Source: a virus (lineage: Duplodnaviria; Caudoviricetes). Taken from it: DNA of 64,000 nucleotides. The stretch lies in the IMG/VR virus record IMGVR_UViG_3300020465_001196. One strand, written 5' to 3'. The notes beneath the pieces were generated by a model that saw nothing but the letters and a program-made list of their open reading frames with translations, was not told where the DNA came from and ran no database searches. A program made the position numbers and the translations under genes. Below, in pieces: positions 9,656 to 19,607 of the stretch (positions are counted from its first letter, which is position 1; each line of letters starts with the position of its first letter).

Positions 9656-9997
9656 TTAAGTTAATCCTTGAGTCCAACCATGTCCATAAAGTTCTTCTAT
9701 ATCAACATAATCAGATCCATACTTTATTCGGTCAACGTGTTTTTGCTGATGTACACAAAGCCTTTTATATTCAGCTAAATCTTCTATTTCTGAAATTAGT
9801 TTCATTGGACAAGGATCATTTAATATATCATCTAAATGTTTTATAGCACATAATCTTGTACTATATGCAATTATATCTTTTTTTGTTATACCTTCGGTTA
9901 AACAAGTTAGCAATATATTTTTTCTATATTTGTCAATTAAATTCGATAATTGTTTTACCCTCTTTGGATCAGGATAAGGTGGTCTTCCCTTTTTCAT
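9656..9997 (-). CDS. Hypothetical protein, last gene of cluster A
   Basis: 113-aa ORF tightly coupled to the upstream radical SAM gene. Confidence 0.6.
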   Translation of the reverse strand: MKKGRPPYPDPKRVKQLSNLIDKYRKNILLTCLTEGITKKDIIAYSTRLCAIKHLDDILNDPCPMKLISEIEDLAEYKRLCVHQQKHVDRIKYGSDYVDIEELYGHGWTQGLT

Positions 9998-9999
9998 AA

Positions 10000-11520
10000 T
10001 TACTCCTCTTTATACTCTTGAGATCCTGGATTAGGTCCTTGCGGATTCATGACCCAACCTTCTGTTATGGCTCGTTTTTCTAATTCTTTTTTCATCATAT
10101 TACCTTTAGTTGAATCACCGTCAACTATATTTTGTAATTTTTGTAAATTTGTATCTGGTATTGATTTATACCATTTGACAACATCTTCTGGAAATGTTTT
10201 TTCAAATAATTTGTTTCTTCTTACATCATATTGTGAATAAAATGATTTAAAATCTCTTTCACGTGATTCAATTGAAGATGTACCTTGATGGCCCACTTCT
10301 ACTTCACGCAAGTAGTTTATTAATCTACTTACACCATCTTGTTCCATATCAAAAAATAACTCGTGCTTTTTTCCTACATTTTCTAACCAATTTTCTAAAT
10401 TATCTGCTAAACGTTTTTTAATATCTTGCGGTAACGTTACTGCTGATTGAAAACTTGGAAAACGTAATATGTTAAAGCTCATTGCAGGAGCAAATTGTCC
10501 ATAACGTTCTTTTAGTTTAATCATTTCGTCCATAAATTCTGTAATACTAAACAAGCACAATGCATTGATAGTCATCATCATGTGTAGTTCACGTACATTA
10601 CCTTGTTCCATCATTTTATGAATATTACCTAACCAAGTATCCCATATTAATCCATCACGTATATATTCTGCGTGTGATCCAAATGCTTCGTTTGATGTAT
10701 ATAAATCAAACTCTTTAAACGCATGGCTTTCTTTTGCTAGTCTATCTATTAGTTCTGGTTTAGTTCCTAAATTAGAATTTACTGCTAATCGTACATCACA
10801 ATCTTTGTTGCTTTGCCACCAATTTAGTAATCTCCAAAAGTCTTGCGACATAGTTGCTTCACCACCAGTTACTCTTAATTCTTGTAGTGTGTGTTGTAAA
10901 TCTGATTCCCACCATTTAAAGAAAGCATCTACATAAGGATTGCCTGCATTTTTCTTTCCATATGGCATTGCCCATTTACCATCTTGTTGAAATGCTCTTG
11001 CACCGTCTGATACTAAATTTTGATAAGCACCGCTTTTCTTTATATCATTTTGCCATTGTGTTGAGAAACTAGCATTACAATATGAACAAGCATAATTACA
11101 ATTGGCATCGAAAGCAATTTCTAATGTTTTTAAATTAACATCTTCTTGCCAATCCATTTCACTTGCTTCTTTAATTTGATCTTCTGTGTATATTACAGTT
11201 TTATAAACTCTATCAGAAACATTGTTAGGACCTAGGTCTTCAACTTTCCAACAATATTCACACTCTTTAGGTCTTTCACCACATTGCATTTGTTTACGTA
11301 CCATTTTTTTATATTTGGTATTATGTATTGCTTTTGGATTTGCTAATACTTCTTCTAATGGTATTTTATGTGCAGGTGGGTGATGACAACTTGCTGTTGT
11401 TCCGCTGTTTAACCATACAGTAGCATTATACCATTTGGCACCACACCATGATGTCGATATTGGGTTAATTACCCTATCTCTATACTGTTGGTATGTTTCG
11501 TCTTTACGTTTTTTTGTCAT
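10000..11520 (-). CDS. N-terminal twitch-domain radical SAM protein
   Basis: N-terminal WCGAKW...SCHH...CEYCW, CNYACSYC triad, VTGGE. Confidence 0.9.
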   Translation of the reverse strand: MTKKRKDETYQQYRDRVINPISTSWCGAKWYNATVWLNSGTTASCHHPPAHKIPLEEVLANPKAIHNTKYKKMVRKQMQCGERPKECEYCWKVEDLGPNNVSDRVYKTVIYTEDQIKEASEMDWQEDVNLKTLEIAFDANCNYACSYCNASFSTQWQNDIKKSGAYQNLVSDGARAFQQDGKWAMPYGKKNAGNPYVDAFFKWWESDLQHTLQELRVTGGEATMSQDFWRLLNWWQSNKDCDVRLAVNSNLGTKPELIDRLAKESHAFKEFDLYTSNEAFGSHAEYIRDGLIWDTWLGNIHKMMEQGNVRELHMMMTINALCLFSITEFMDEMIKLKERYGQFAPAMSFNILRFPSFQSAVTLPQDIKKRLADNLENWLENVGKKHELFFDMEQDGVSRLINYLREVEVGHQGTSSIESRERDFKSFYSQYDVRRNKLFEKTFPEDVVKWYKSIPDTNLQKLQNIVDGDSTKGNMMKKELEKRAITEGWVMNPQGPNPGSQEYKEE

Positions 11521-11521
11521 T

Positions 11522-12910
11522 TTATTGCTTACACAAATTATAAAATTCTTCTAATTCCGGAAAAGTTTTGCAGAAGTTTTTATTTCTTCGTTTATCATAT
11601 TCATCTACATATGATACAAAATCTTTTCGTACTTGTTTTATATTTAATCTCTCTTGCGGATTGGGTCCTGCGGCAATGTACTCTTGAAATCGTCTTAATT
11701 TAGCAATTTCAAAATCAAAGAATCCTTTATATGCGTTATCATGTGTTTCTGCATTTTCTAACATAATTTGTACAGAAGGATCAAGCATTTTAGAATAACT
11801 AGGATCAGCAACAACACCACTTAGATAACTAGGATGTCTTAATATTGCTGTATCTAATGTTATTGGTACTCTACGTTCATTGCTATAAAATTCTCTTTTT
11901 AATGGATGTATTATATCTACAAGTTTATGAAAGTTTGGTAAACTTAATAAACCAGTTGTACACATTATTGTTACTTTTGTTTTTGGTAACTCTGTTAATA
12001 CACGACATATATTATCGTACCATTGATTAAAATCTAATCCATCTCTAATATATTCTGCCTGTTCGCCAAATGTATCTACACTAGTGTACAATCTTGTTAA
12101 ACCAATTTTATCATCTAATGTAATACGTTTCATTTTTTCAATGTATTGATCAAAAAGTTTATCTGGTACACATCCATTAGAGTTAATTGCTAATTCTAAT
12201 TCTGGTCTTGGATTATTATTAATATAATCTAAAACTTTAAATGTGTCTTTGGTTAAAAGAGGTTCCCCGCCTGTGATACGAAAAACTTGGAGGTTTTTAT
12301 ACAGGTCGGGAAACCATTTCCAGAATGCGTCAACATAAGGATTATGTTCACGATGAGGAATCGGTAATTTGCCTTCTTTTCGAAGCCATTGTAAATTATT
12401 AAAGTTATCACTTGTAGGATATGCACCCTGTGATTCAATTTCTTCCATCCATGAACTGCTAAATGCAGGTGAACAGTAAGAACATTTTAAGTTGCATACA
12501 TTTGAAAAACTAACCTCAACATAAGTTGGATTAACATTTTCTACACCAACCATTTCAGAAGTTTCTTTTAAAAAAGGTTTAGCCCAGTACTCATGTGATT
12601 TAGAACTTCTATCGCTATAATGTTCTGGACCTAAATCTTCTACGTTCCAACAATACTGACATTCAGGTGGTCGTACACCTTTTAACATCAATTCTCTTTG
12701 TGATTTTTTATACTCTGTGTTATGTAAAGCACTAGGATTATTTTTTAATTCTTCAATAGGTACTTTGTGTGTTCTAGGATGATGGCAACTATGCGTGTGT
12801 CCATATTGCAAGTGTATCGTTGATTGATACCACTTTGCTAGACAGAAACTTGGAGATACAGCATTTAGTTCATCTCTGGTTTGTTTAATCTTAGGTACTT
12901 CATCTGTCAT
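11522..12910 (-). CDS. N-terminal twitch-domain radical SAM protein (paralog)
   Basis: FCLAKW...SCHH...CQYCW, CNLKCSYC, ITGGEP. Confidence 0.9.
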   Translation of the reverse strand: MTDEVPKIKQTRDELNAVSPSFCLAKWYQSTIHLQYGHTHSCHHPRTHKVPIEELKNNPSALHNTEYKKSQRELMLKGVRPPECQYCWNVEDLGPEHYSDRSSKSHEYWAKPFLKETSEMVGVENVNPTYVEVSFSNVCNLKCSYCSPAFSSSWMEEIESQGAYPTSDNFNNLQWLRKEGKLPIPHREHNPYVDAFWKWFPDLYKNLQVFRITGGEPLLTKDTFKVLDYINNNPRPELELAINSNGCVPDKLFDQYIEKMKRITLDDKIGLTRLYTSVDTFGEQAEYIRDGLDFNQWYDNICRVLTELPKTKVTIMCTTGLLSLPNFHKLVDIIHPLKREFYSNERRVPITLDTAILRHPSYLSGVVADPSYSKMLDPSVQIMLENAETHDNAYKGFFDFEIAKLRRFQEYIAAGPNPQERLNIKQVRKDFVSYVDEYDKRRNKNFCKTFPELEEFYNLCKQ

Positions 12911-13917
12911 TTTAACACTTTGTAACGAGTAATTCCGTCAGTTCCTTTCTCTGTCACGAATGCTCCAGAGCGAGGTGGATTCCAATAAACTTTTTTGAAA
13001 AATGCAGAACCTTCTGCACTTAAATCATCTATTTGTAATCCAAGTTTACTTCTTAATTCTTTACCAAGTCTAACAGTTTCATTCCAAAGTTTATCTTTAT
13101 CCCACTGATACTTTTCATGATGGCAAGTTTCATTGCCGCCTGCAAATTGTGGTTTAACTGTTTCATTCCAGAATTTAGTATGCCATTCAAAATCTCTTAC
13201 ATTAACAAAATCCCAATCTGTGCAATTGGTCATATAACAACCAAGTCTTGTACCGTACAATGCCCATAAACCATTTTCAACATCCATTCCAACTGATGCC
13301 CAAATTAAAAGTCTATGATAATTTTTATCATGTATATTCTTTTCAAAGTTAACCGGATCTACTTTAAATCCTCTGTCTAATGACATCTTAACACCTTCTC
13401 TAAACCCTGCTCTGTATGCCTGATAAGGTGTTGCATTATTATATACGTGTGAAAAGCATTCATTTAATTGTATGTAATTCATATCCCAACAAAAATCTAC
13501 TGCTGATCCTTCTGATTCTGCGGCTTCATGTGTTTTCATATCAAGTACTGCTTGTTTAGGCCAACACTTAATACCACCATTACCATACATTAATCCATTA
13601 ATGTTATTATAACCTGTAAAAGATATTACGGATTGATTTAAATTTTCTAAATCATAATCAGAAAAATCAAGTTCTAAGTCCATTAGTTTTTCCCAATTAA
13701 CCAATTTATTATCACCGTCTACAGTAATAAATCTATTAGTATCACTTCTGTTTGCACAGGCTTTATGTGCCGCATCTGATCCTTCAACACCATGCGTATG
13801 TTTTGCCCATGGCACTTTATTTACAATATCTGCCCAATGTTCTTTGTAATTAGGTTCATCATAAGACAGATAAAATATATCAATATCTGCAATTTTTATT
13901 TTTTTATCAGCACTCAT
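12907..13917 (-). CDS. GT-A fold glycosyltransferase-like protein
   Basis: DIFYLSYDEPN, AHKACA, FITVDGDN (DxD), YGNGGIKCW. Confidence 0.7.
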   Translation of the reverse strand: MSADKKIKIADIDIFYLSYDEPNYKEHWADIVNKVPWAKHTHGVEGSDAAHKACANRSDTNRFITVDGDNKLVNWEKLMDLELDFSDYDLENLNQSVISFTGYNNINGLMYGNGGIKCWPKQAVLDMKTHEAAESEGSAVDFCWDMNYIQLNECFSHVYNNATPYQAYRAGFREGVKMSLDRGFKVDPVNFEKNIHDKNYHRLLIWASVGMDVENGLWALYGTRLGCYMTNCTDWDFVNVRDFEWHTKFWNETVKPQFAGGNETCHHEKYQWDKDKLWNETVRLGKELRSKLGLQIDDLSAEGSAFFKKVYWNPPRSGAFVTEKGTDGITRYKVLK

Positions 13918-13920
13918 TGT

Positions 13921-14535
13921 TTATATCTCCACCATTAAATAATCATCATAAATTCTTCTCGTGTATACATTACAAGTATTTAACTCTCCTGTGTAACTGG
14001 CTGTTAACTTATCTTGTGTAAGTAACTGTACAACAGGTACATAATAACTTGCAAATAAATCATGTGGGTCACCTGTTTGTGTTATAAAGAAGTTTAGTAT
14101 ACTTGTTCCATTTATTACAAGCATTTCTGGATTAGTGAACTTTTGTTGTTTACCAGTAAGTTGATACTTACTTGCCATATATGCTTTTAGTGTAGGATTA
14201 AATTCAAAAGTAACTGTTTTTTCTTTTTTATTATGTACAACTCTAATATCATAACTTAAATCATCATCTGTTCCTGATCTAATTTTATGTAAAGTTTTAT
14301 CAATTTCACGTATGTTTAAATGTATTTCTTTTTTCTTAATTGTAAAATCATCTGGATCTTTTGGATTTAATTCTATATAATACTGTGATTGTACTTTTGT
14401 ACCATCAACAAATTCTTTTATGTCATCAAACTCAACTTCATAATAAGGATGTATTACAGAACTATCAACTTCTCGAACAATTTTAACAATGTCTTTTGTT
14501 TCTAAATCATAATATAATATTCTAGACGTTGACAT
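13921..14535 (-). CDS. Hypothetical protein in cluster A
   Basis: ORF coupled to its neighbours; start set at MSTSR. Confidence 0.6.
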   Translation of the reverse strand: MSTSRILYYDLETKDIVKIVREVDSSVIHPYYEVEFDDIKEFVDGTKVQSQYYIELNPKDPDDFTIKKKEIHLNIREIDKTLHKIRSGTDDDLSYDIRVVHNKKEKTVTFEFNPTLKAYMASKYQLTGKQQKFTNPEMLVINGTSILNFFITQTGDPHDLFASYYVPVVQLLTQDKLTASYTGELNTCNVYTRRIYDDYLMVEI

Positions 14536-15397
14536 ATACTTGCTCCTCATATCTTTTTATAATTTCATCTGTAAGGAAATTCTTTGTAACATAATGTACT
14601 GGTAATGTTTGTTGATAGTTTCCAATTTTTAATCTACAATCTGGTGTAAAGTAAGCCCCAATATGTTTAGTCCAATCTTCTGTTGAACCTGATTTCCAAT
14701 TTTGTAATCTTGCTTTCATGTGAACAAATGTTGGACAAGTTACTGCTGGATTTGTTGATTGTTCTACAATGTCTAACATTTTCATTGCCATTGCATATAC
14801 AACATCAGCACTTAAAAACTCTTGTTTAGGTAATACTAATGCTGTGTCTCTATAATATTCCCAACGTCTAAATATATCTTCAACAACACTAAAGTATTCA
14901 TTTACCATATTTGATTTTTTATTAAAATAGAAAAATGCTGTATATACATTTGGTAGCATATTTGGTCCAAATGTTTTTCTGTAATGGTTATCAATTATTG
15001 TTTCACCTCGATATGTTTGAACGTTTGTTGTTGCCATCATATCCCAATGTGTAAAGTATTCCCACCAATGGCTTAGGTCTGTCATAAACAACATATCAGT
15101 ATCTAGTATTACTGTTTGCTCATAAGGTGTGCAATGGTAGTATTTCCATTTGTTGTTAATTTTCCAATCTGCCATTTGAGCGTCATCTTCAAAAGGTAAT
15201 TCAATAACTTCATCAAATACTGCTCTATAATGTTCTGGTACATCTGATTTATTAATAACAGCAATAGATATATTTTTAATTTGTGATTGTGTATGCTTAA
15301 TACTTAATGCTAATGCATAAGCCATACGTACATAATTAATAGATTTTCCATCTGCATCTTTAGAATTCTGTGCTATTACCAAATAACCTTGTTTCAT
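14522..15397 (-). CDS. GT-A (GT8-like) nucleotide-diphospho-sugar transferase
   Basis: GYLVIA, TVILDTDMLF (DxD), C-terminal FVHMK. Confidence 0.7.
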   Translation of the reverse strand: MKQGYLVIAQNSKDADGKSINYVRMAYALALSIKHTQSQIKNISIAVINKSDVPEHYRAVFDEVIELPFEDDAQMADWKINNKWKYYHCTPYEQTVILDTDMLFMTDLSHWWEYFTHWDMMATTNVQTYRGETIIDNHYRKTFGPNMLPNVYTAFFYFNKKSNMVNEYFSVVEDIFRRWEYYRDTALVLPKQEFLSADVVYAMAMKMLDIVEQSTNPAVTCPTFVHMKARLQNWKSGSTEDWTKHIGAYFTPDCRLKIGNYQQTLPVHYVTKNFLTDEIIKRYEEQVYVNV

Positions 15398-15948
15398 TTG
15401 TTTACCTTATTGTAAATTTGTATCCAATTATCAACCTTTTCAATATTGTCAGCATCATACATAGCATTGTAACTATGCTTCATAAAGTACGTCTTAAGTC
15501 CAATATTAGCACCGGCTACTGCGTTTGTCCACTTGTCTTCCACCCATATAGCACCACTTCCTTTGTATTGTGATAGCCATTTGTTTTTTGGTTCCATAAA
15601 TGGAATAATATCAATTCTTGCGAACACATCTGGAAATAAACTTTCAATATTTTGTTTTCGTAATGCGTTTGCATATTGATCTACACCCATTGATGTACAA
15701 GCAATAATTTCCCAACCCTCTTGTTTAAACTTTGGTAATATTTCTTGTGCATCTCTTAAAGGAGGCAAAAACCCAATCCATGCAGTATTATTATAATATT
15801 TTATAATGTCTGCTGTTTGATCTGATTGTGCAAATGTTGTAGGATCCCACAACGATACTTCTGGATAATACTGTTTTAAATATTTTTGAAAATGGTCTGA
15901 CCAGTTTAATACTACGCCGTCTATGTCTGTTAATAAAATTTTATGCAC
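15394..15948 (-). CDS. HAD-superfamily phosphatase (5'-nucleotidase-like)
   Basis: LLTDIDGV motif I; WVEDK...NAVAG motif IV. Confidence 0.8.
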   Translation of the reverse strand: MHKILLTDIDGVVLNWSDHFQKYLKQYYPEVSLWDPTTFAQSDQTADIIKYYNNTAWIGFLPPLRDAQEILPKFKQEGWEIIACTSMGVDQYANALRKQNIESLFPDVFARIDIIPFMEPKNKWLSQYKGSGAIWVEDKWTNAVAGANIGLKTYFMKHSYNAMYDADNIEKVDNWIQIYNKVNK

Positions 15949-16825
15949 TATACATCTCCACTATTTTTTTACTCTGTCGTACAATTGAATACTTGTTCAT
16001 TACATGGACATTAACGCCATCTGTACGTGCTGGAATAAAGTTACCAGGCTCACTTATTTTCTCTAATAAAAATGATAGTGATCCTTTTGAATTTACATTA
16101 TGAAGTTCATCATAATCTAATGTGTGTTGTAAAAAGTCGACTGGGAGGTTTTTAACTAATCGACTTTTTGCAAAACCATTAAACATATGAACAGCAATAC
16201 TAAACGCATGATCATTTCTAAAGTTATATGTTGTAATACCATAAAGTGTTTTAAAATAAGGATAGTTTGATTTAATTGATTCTAGTAAATTAAAAAATAT
16301 TTCTGTCTCAGGAGTTTTTCTAAAAAAGAAAACTGTTGCCCAATAAAAATCAATACCAAAGTCATCAACACGATCAAATTCTTGATGATGTCTTCCTGAT
16401 AATAAATCATAACTTCTTCTGTTAATCATTAAATCTTCTTTATGTCCCCAAATTTGATTTAATGTATCATTGCAAATTAGATAGTCAACATCAATAACTA
16501 GTGTTTCATCATATGGGGATTGTGTAAAAACTGTTGACCTATTAATATTATAAAATTGCAATAAGTTAACTGTATGTCTTGTATCTCTATAACGTTTGTT
16601 ATTTTCTACTTTGCGTCTTGGTTGTATTTTTATATTTTCAAAAGTACTGTCAATTAAACTTTGATCATATTGTGTTTTTAAATGTCGTACAGTACCTTCG
16701 TCAGTAATCAAAGTAATAGCATCAATACCCATATGATGTTTAATCATTAGAGCATTGGCTAATGCTATACTACCATAATCAATTTCAGAATTGTTATGTG
16801 CAAAAAATACTATACCTTGACTCAT
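15941..16825 (-). CDS. GT-A (GT8-like) transferase, paralog of 14522..15397
   Basis: GIVFFA, TLVIDVDYL (DxD), WATVFFF, VHVMNK. Confidence 0.7.
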   Translation of the reverse strand: MSQGIVFFAHNNSEIDYGSIALANALMIKHHMGIDAITLITDEGTVRHLKTQYDQSLIDSTFENIKIQPRRKVENNKRYRDTRHTVNLLQFYNINRSTVFTQSPYDETLVIDVDYLICNDTLNQIWGHKEDLMINRRSYDLLSGRHHQEFDRVDDFGIDFYWATVFFFRKTPETEIFFNLLESIKSNYPYFKTLYGITTYNFRNDHAFSIAVHMFNGFAKSRLVKNLPVDFLQHTLDYDELHNVNSKGSLSFLLEKISEPGNFIPARTDGVNVHVMNKYSIVRQSKKIVEMYSA

Positions 16826-17172
16826 GCCTCTACTAATTTTGCAGTTCTTCTTTTGGTTTGCATTTCGCTATATTGTTTGTGGTAATCATTTGTTACCTCA
16901 AAATATCTTGATGTAATTTCTGTTAAGAACGATTTTAAATTTTCAATCTTAATAGGATTTTCATTAACATCTAGCAATACCATTTCTTCATATCCTTGTT
17001 GTACAAATGTACCAACAAAAGCAATTAGCTCTTGAGTTACTTTAAATGTACCACCTTCTGTTGAATATGATAACAATGCCTGGCTTTTATTTTTCAGGAT
17101 TTGTTTTTGATTAAAGAATGTCTGCCTGTAGTTGGCAAATTCTAATGCTTTGTGTAATCTTTCATCACTCAT
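16822..17172 (-). CDS. Hypothetical protein, first gene of cluster A
   Basis: Start MSDERL after SD GGAGG; faint resemblance to tail-fibre assembly helpers. Confidence 0.6.
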   Translation of the reverse strand: MSDERLHKALEFANYRQTFFNQKQILKNKSQALLSYSTEGGTFKVTQELIAFVGTFVQQGYEEMVLLDVNENPIKIENLKSFLTEITSRYFEVTNDYHKQYSEMQTKRRTAKLVEA

Positions 17173-17178
17173 AAAAAA

Positions 17179-17213
17179 CCTCCGTTTATGTATAATATTA
17201 TACATAACGGAGG
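17179..17213. terminator. 35-nt near-perfect palindrome: terminator hairpin that contains a promoter and an RBS
   Basis: CCTCCGTTTATGTATAAT/ATTATACATAACGGAGG (1-nt bulge), followed by T6 and ATG on the minus strand. Confidence 0.8.
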
Positions 17214-17225
17214 CGTAAAAGTCAA
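17197..17225 (-). promoter_or_regulatory. Sigma70 promoter for cluster A
   Basis: TTGACT-N17-TATAAT with TG extension. Confidence 0.75.
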
Positions 17226-17239
17226 ATACTTTTTAATTA

Positions 17240-18178
17240 TTATGCACTTACTTCTGTAGTTGTAGCAGAACTTGGGTTAGCAACTTGTACATAAGAGGCG
17301 TTATCCGCTCTTAATGTAGTAATTGTGCTAGTTAAAGTTCCATCAACTGCGTCAGCGCCTGTCCAAGCTGTACCTTCATTTGGAGCAGTACCTAAACCGC
17401 CACCAGTGTATGTACCAGTTTGTGCCGCGTGATCATCTTTGAAGTAAACAGTAAAAGTTAAAACAGTTGCTGAGCCATAAGCCGCGTTTGCTTTTGCTTC
17501 AATTGTCCAATCATTCGCTGAATAGTTTCCTTGACCTGTTGCTGTAAAAATTTGTTGATTTGAAGTTGTTAAATCATCAAAACCTACAGAGGCCGCTGTT
17601 CCACCTGATCCAGTGTATGTAGTTGCACCTTCGGCAAATTTTACTGTGCCTGCGTTTGACAATAAGTTAGTCCAATCAGTGTTTTGATCTGTTGAAGAAC
17701 CACCTGCTCGTGATCCTGCAAATCTAATTTCACCGCCTGAATTAAAAAAGTGTCTAGCCGCATTCGCTGATGCAAAAGTTACTGTTAATATGTGTTGAAC
17801 TGTTCCAGTCCATGATGCTGTTCTTGATGAAGTTACACCAGAATCAGTAGCCATATTAGACGCATCTGCAGTCAGCTTGTTATTTGTAATTAATGTGATA
17901 TCTGCCTCTAAGTTAGATAATGGCAAAATGTTTCCACCAGCTGATACTGTGTTTGACGCATTCGTCAACGTAGTACCTTGGTGGTTAGCACCTTTCTGTA
18001 ATCCAGAAAGTAAACTGTTCCATTGTGCCGCTGTAATTGTGTTACCTGCAGAAACCGCCGCGATTTCTGAAATACCATAACCACTATCTGCTGAGCCAGT
18101 ACCAATAATTGTGTTAATGTTTGTAGCAAATGTGTTATAATCACTTGCTGTAATTGTATCACCTTGTTGGTAAGCCAT
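17240..18178 (-). CDS. Virion structural protein (Thr/Ser/Gly/Ala-rich)
   Basis: Internal repeat YQQGDTITASDYN / VSAGNTITAAQWN; end of the late structural operon. Confidence 0.65.
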   Translation of the reverse strand: MAYQQGDTITASDYNTFATNINTIIGTGSADSGYGISEIAAVSAGNTITAAQWNSLLSGLQKGANHQGTTLTNASNTVSAGGNILPLSNLEADITLITNNKLTADASNMATDSGVTSSRTASWTGTVQHILTVTFASANAARHFFNSGGEIRFAGSRAGGSSTDQNTDWTNLLSNAGTVKFAEGATTYTGSGGTAASVGFDDLTTSNQQIFTATGQGNYSANDWTIEAKANAAYGSATVLTFTVYFKDDHAAQTGTYTGGGLGTAPNEGTAWTGADAVDGTLTSTITTLRADNASYVQVANPSSATTTEVSA

Positions 18179-19500
18179 TATTTTACTCCTATTGCAATTG
18201 GAATTAATTCGACTTCTTCCGAAGTCTTGTCGACAAGACTGCGGCCAATAACCGCACGGTAATCAACATTGTTCTCGTCTTCTACTAGTTGTGCTACGCC
18301 CGGTAGTGAACTAGAAACAATACGATCACCTTTACTTACTGTGCCGATAACTTTCGTTAGCACTCGACCTTGGTAAGCAATATATGGATGGGTTGCATCA
18401 TCTCCAGCTAAAGCATTTAACTTTAGACCTGGTTTTTGTGATACTACGCCAAATACTTTTGTATCTTTAAATTTTGTTGTTTGTGTAACTTCTTTGTCAC
18501 CTGCTAGTGCAACAACTGTTCCACAATCATATTCATCATCAGCTTCATAACGTTCTGCTATATCACCATATTGTGCAATCATTGCCTGTGCATAAACGTT
18601 TCTGAAAAACTTACCATCACCACCTAAATCAATTGATGCTGAACCTTGTTGCGTTGAAGATGGTTGACCTGCTGTACCGTGAGCAGGTGGAACAATATGT
18701 CCTTGTACTGTTTGTGGATTTGTTTGTGTTAATCTTAAAAATGATGCCGCACTATGACCACCTAATTGGTCTGCATTAACACCTTCTGATTGTAAACTAT
18801 CCCAAGTGTTAACTCCGTGAATCAATGTACCTGTTTGTGTAGTTGTTGATGAACTTACTGTAATCGCCGCTGTAAAGCCATCAAAGATTGCTTTTTCAAC
18901 TGTTACACCTGCACCTGATCCTGGATCAGCAAATCTAAAGTGTGCTGGAGAAACAACTCTTGCTACTTCAACTGCACCTGATTTTTTTTGTAAAACTTCT
19001 GCAATTACTTGAATTTTGTCTGAAACAACATAACCGTTGTTATTTGCCGCCGCATCATCAACGTGTGTTGCAGTTAATTCTATAACCTGTGTATATGATT
19101 TATCTGATGCTGATGCAAATTGTTTGTAACCTGTTGCAGAACCATCTACATTAACATTTAATTGTTTTGTAGATGTATTGTACCATAGAGAACCTTTTGT
19201 AGTTGCATGAGGATATGTTGTGCCTACGTGTACTGTTACTGGATGCCAACCTGTTGAACCTGATAATCTAACTTTTAAAGATTGATTTGTTGTATCCCAC
19301 CAAAGTTGTCCTTCTTGTGGATCAGCTGGTGCTGATGTATTTGCATTGTTTTCTAATAATTTTATAAAATCTTCGGCAATAGTTTCACCGTAACCAGTGA
19401 AGTTTTTACCAATTAATGTAATACCACCAATAGAAGCAGTAGTACCGTCATTTACCGTTGAAACAATACTTCCTCTTGTGTTGTTTACTGTATATGGCAT
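18178..19500 (-). CDS. Tail fibre/structural protein with C-terminal peptidase G2-like chaperone domain
   Basis: LIGKNFTGYGE...LENNAN, GQLWWD; C-terminal AQYGDIAERY...GTVV...VFGVVS...GRV...KGDRIVSS. Confidence 0.7.
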   Translation of the reverse strand: MPYTVNNTRGSIVSTVNDGTTASIGGITLIGKNFTGYGETIAEDFIKLLENNANTSAPADPQEGQLWWDTTNQSLKVRLSGSTGWHPVTVHVGTTYPHATTKGSLWYNTSTKQLNVNVDGSATGYKQFASASDKSYTQVIELTATHVDDAAANNNGYVVSDKIQVIAEVLQKKSGAVEVARVVSPAHFRFADPGSGAGVTVEKAIFDGFTAAITVSSSTTTQTGTLIHGVNTWDSLQSEGVNADQLGGHSAASFLRLTQTNPQTVQGHIVPPAHGTAGQPSSTQQGSASIDLGGDGKFFRNVYAQAMIAQYGDIAERYEADDEYDCGTVVALAGDKEVTQTTKFKDTKVFGVVSQKPGLKLNALAGDDATHPYIAYQGRVLTKVIGTVSKGDRIVSSSLPGVAQLVEDENNVDYRAVIGRSLVDKTSEEVELIPIAIGVK

Positions 19501-19565
19501 CGTTTATGTTCTCCTAAACTTTCAATCTTTAAAAGTAGTATATAAAATACTTACTTTATATTAGT

Positions 19566-19573
19566 TATTTATA
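19566..19573 (-). promoter_or_regulatory. Late promoter TATAAATA
   Basis: Exact T4 late consensus upstream of 19500. Confidence 0.75.
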
Positions 19574-19607
19574 ATAACCACTACAATAATAAAGCTATAT
19601 ACTTAGA

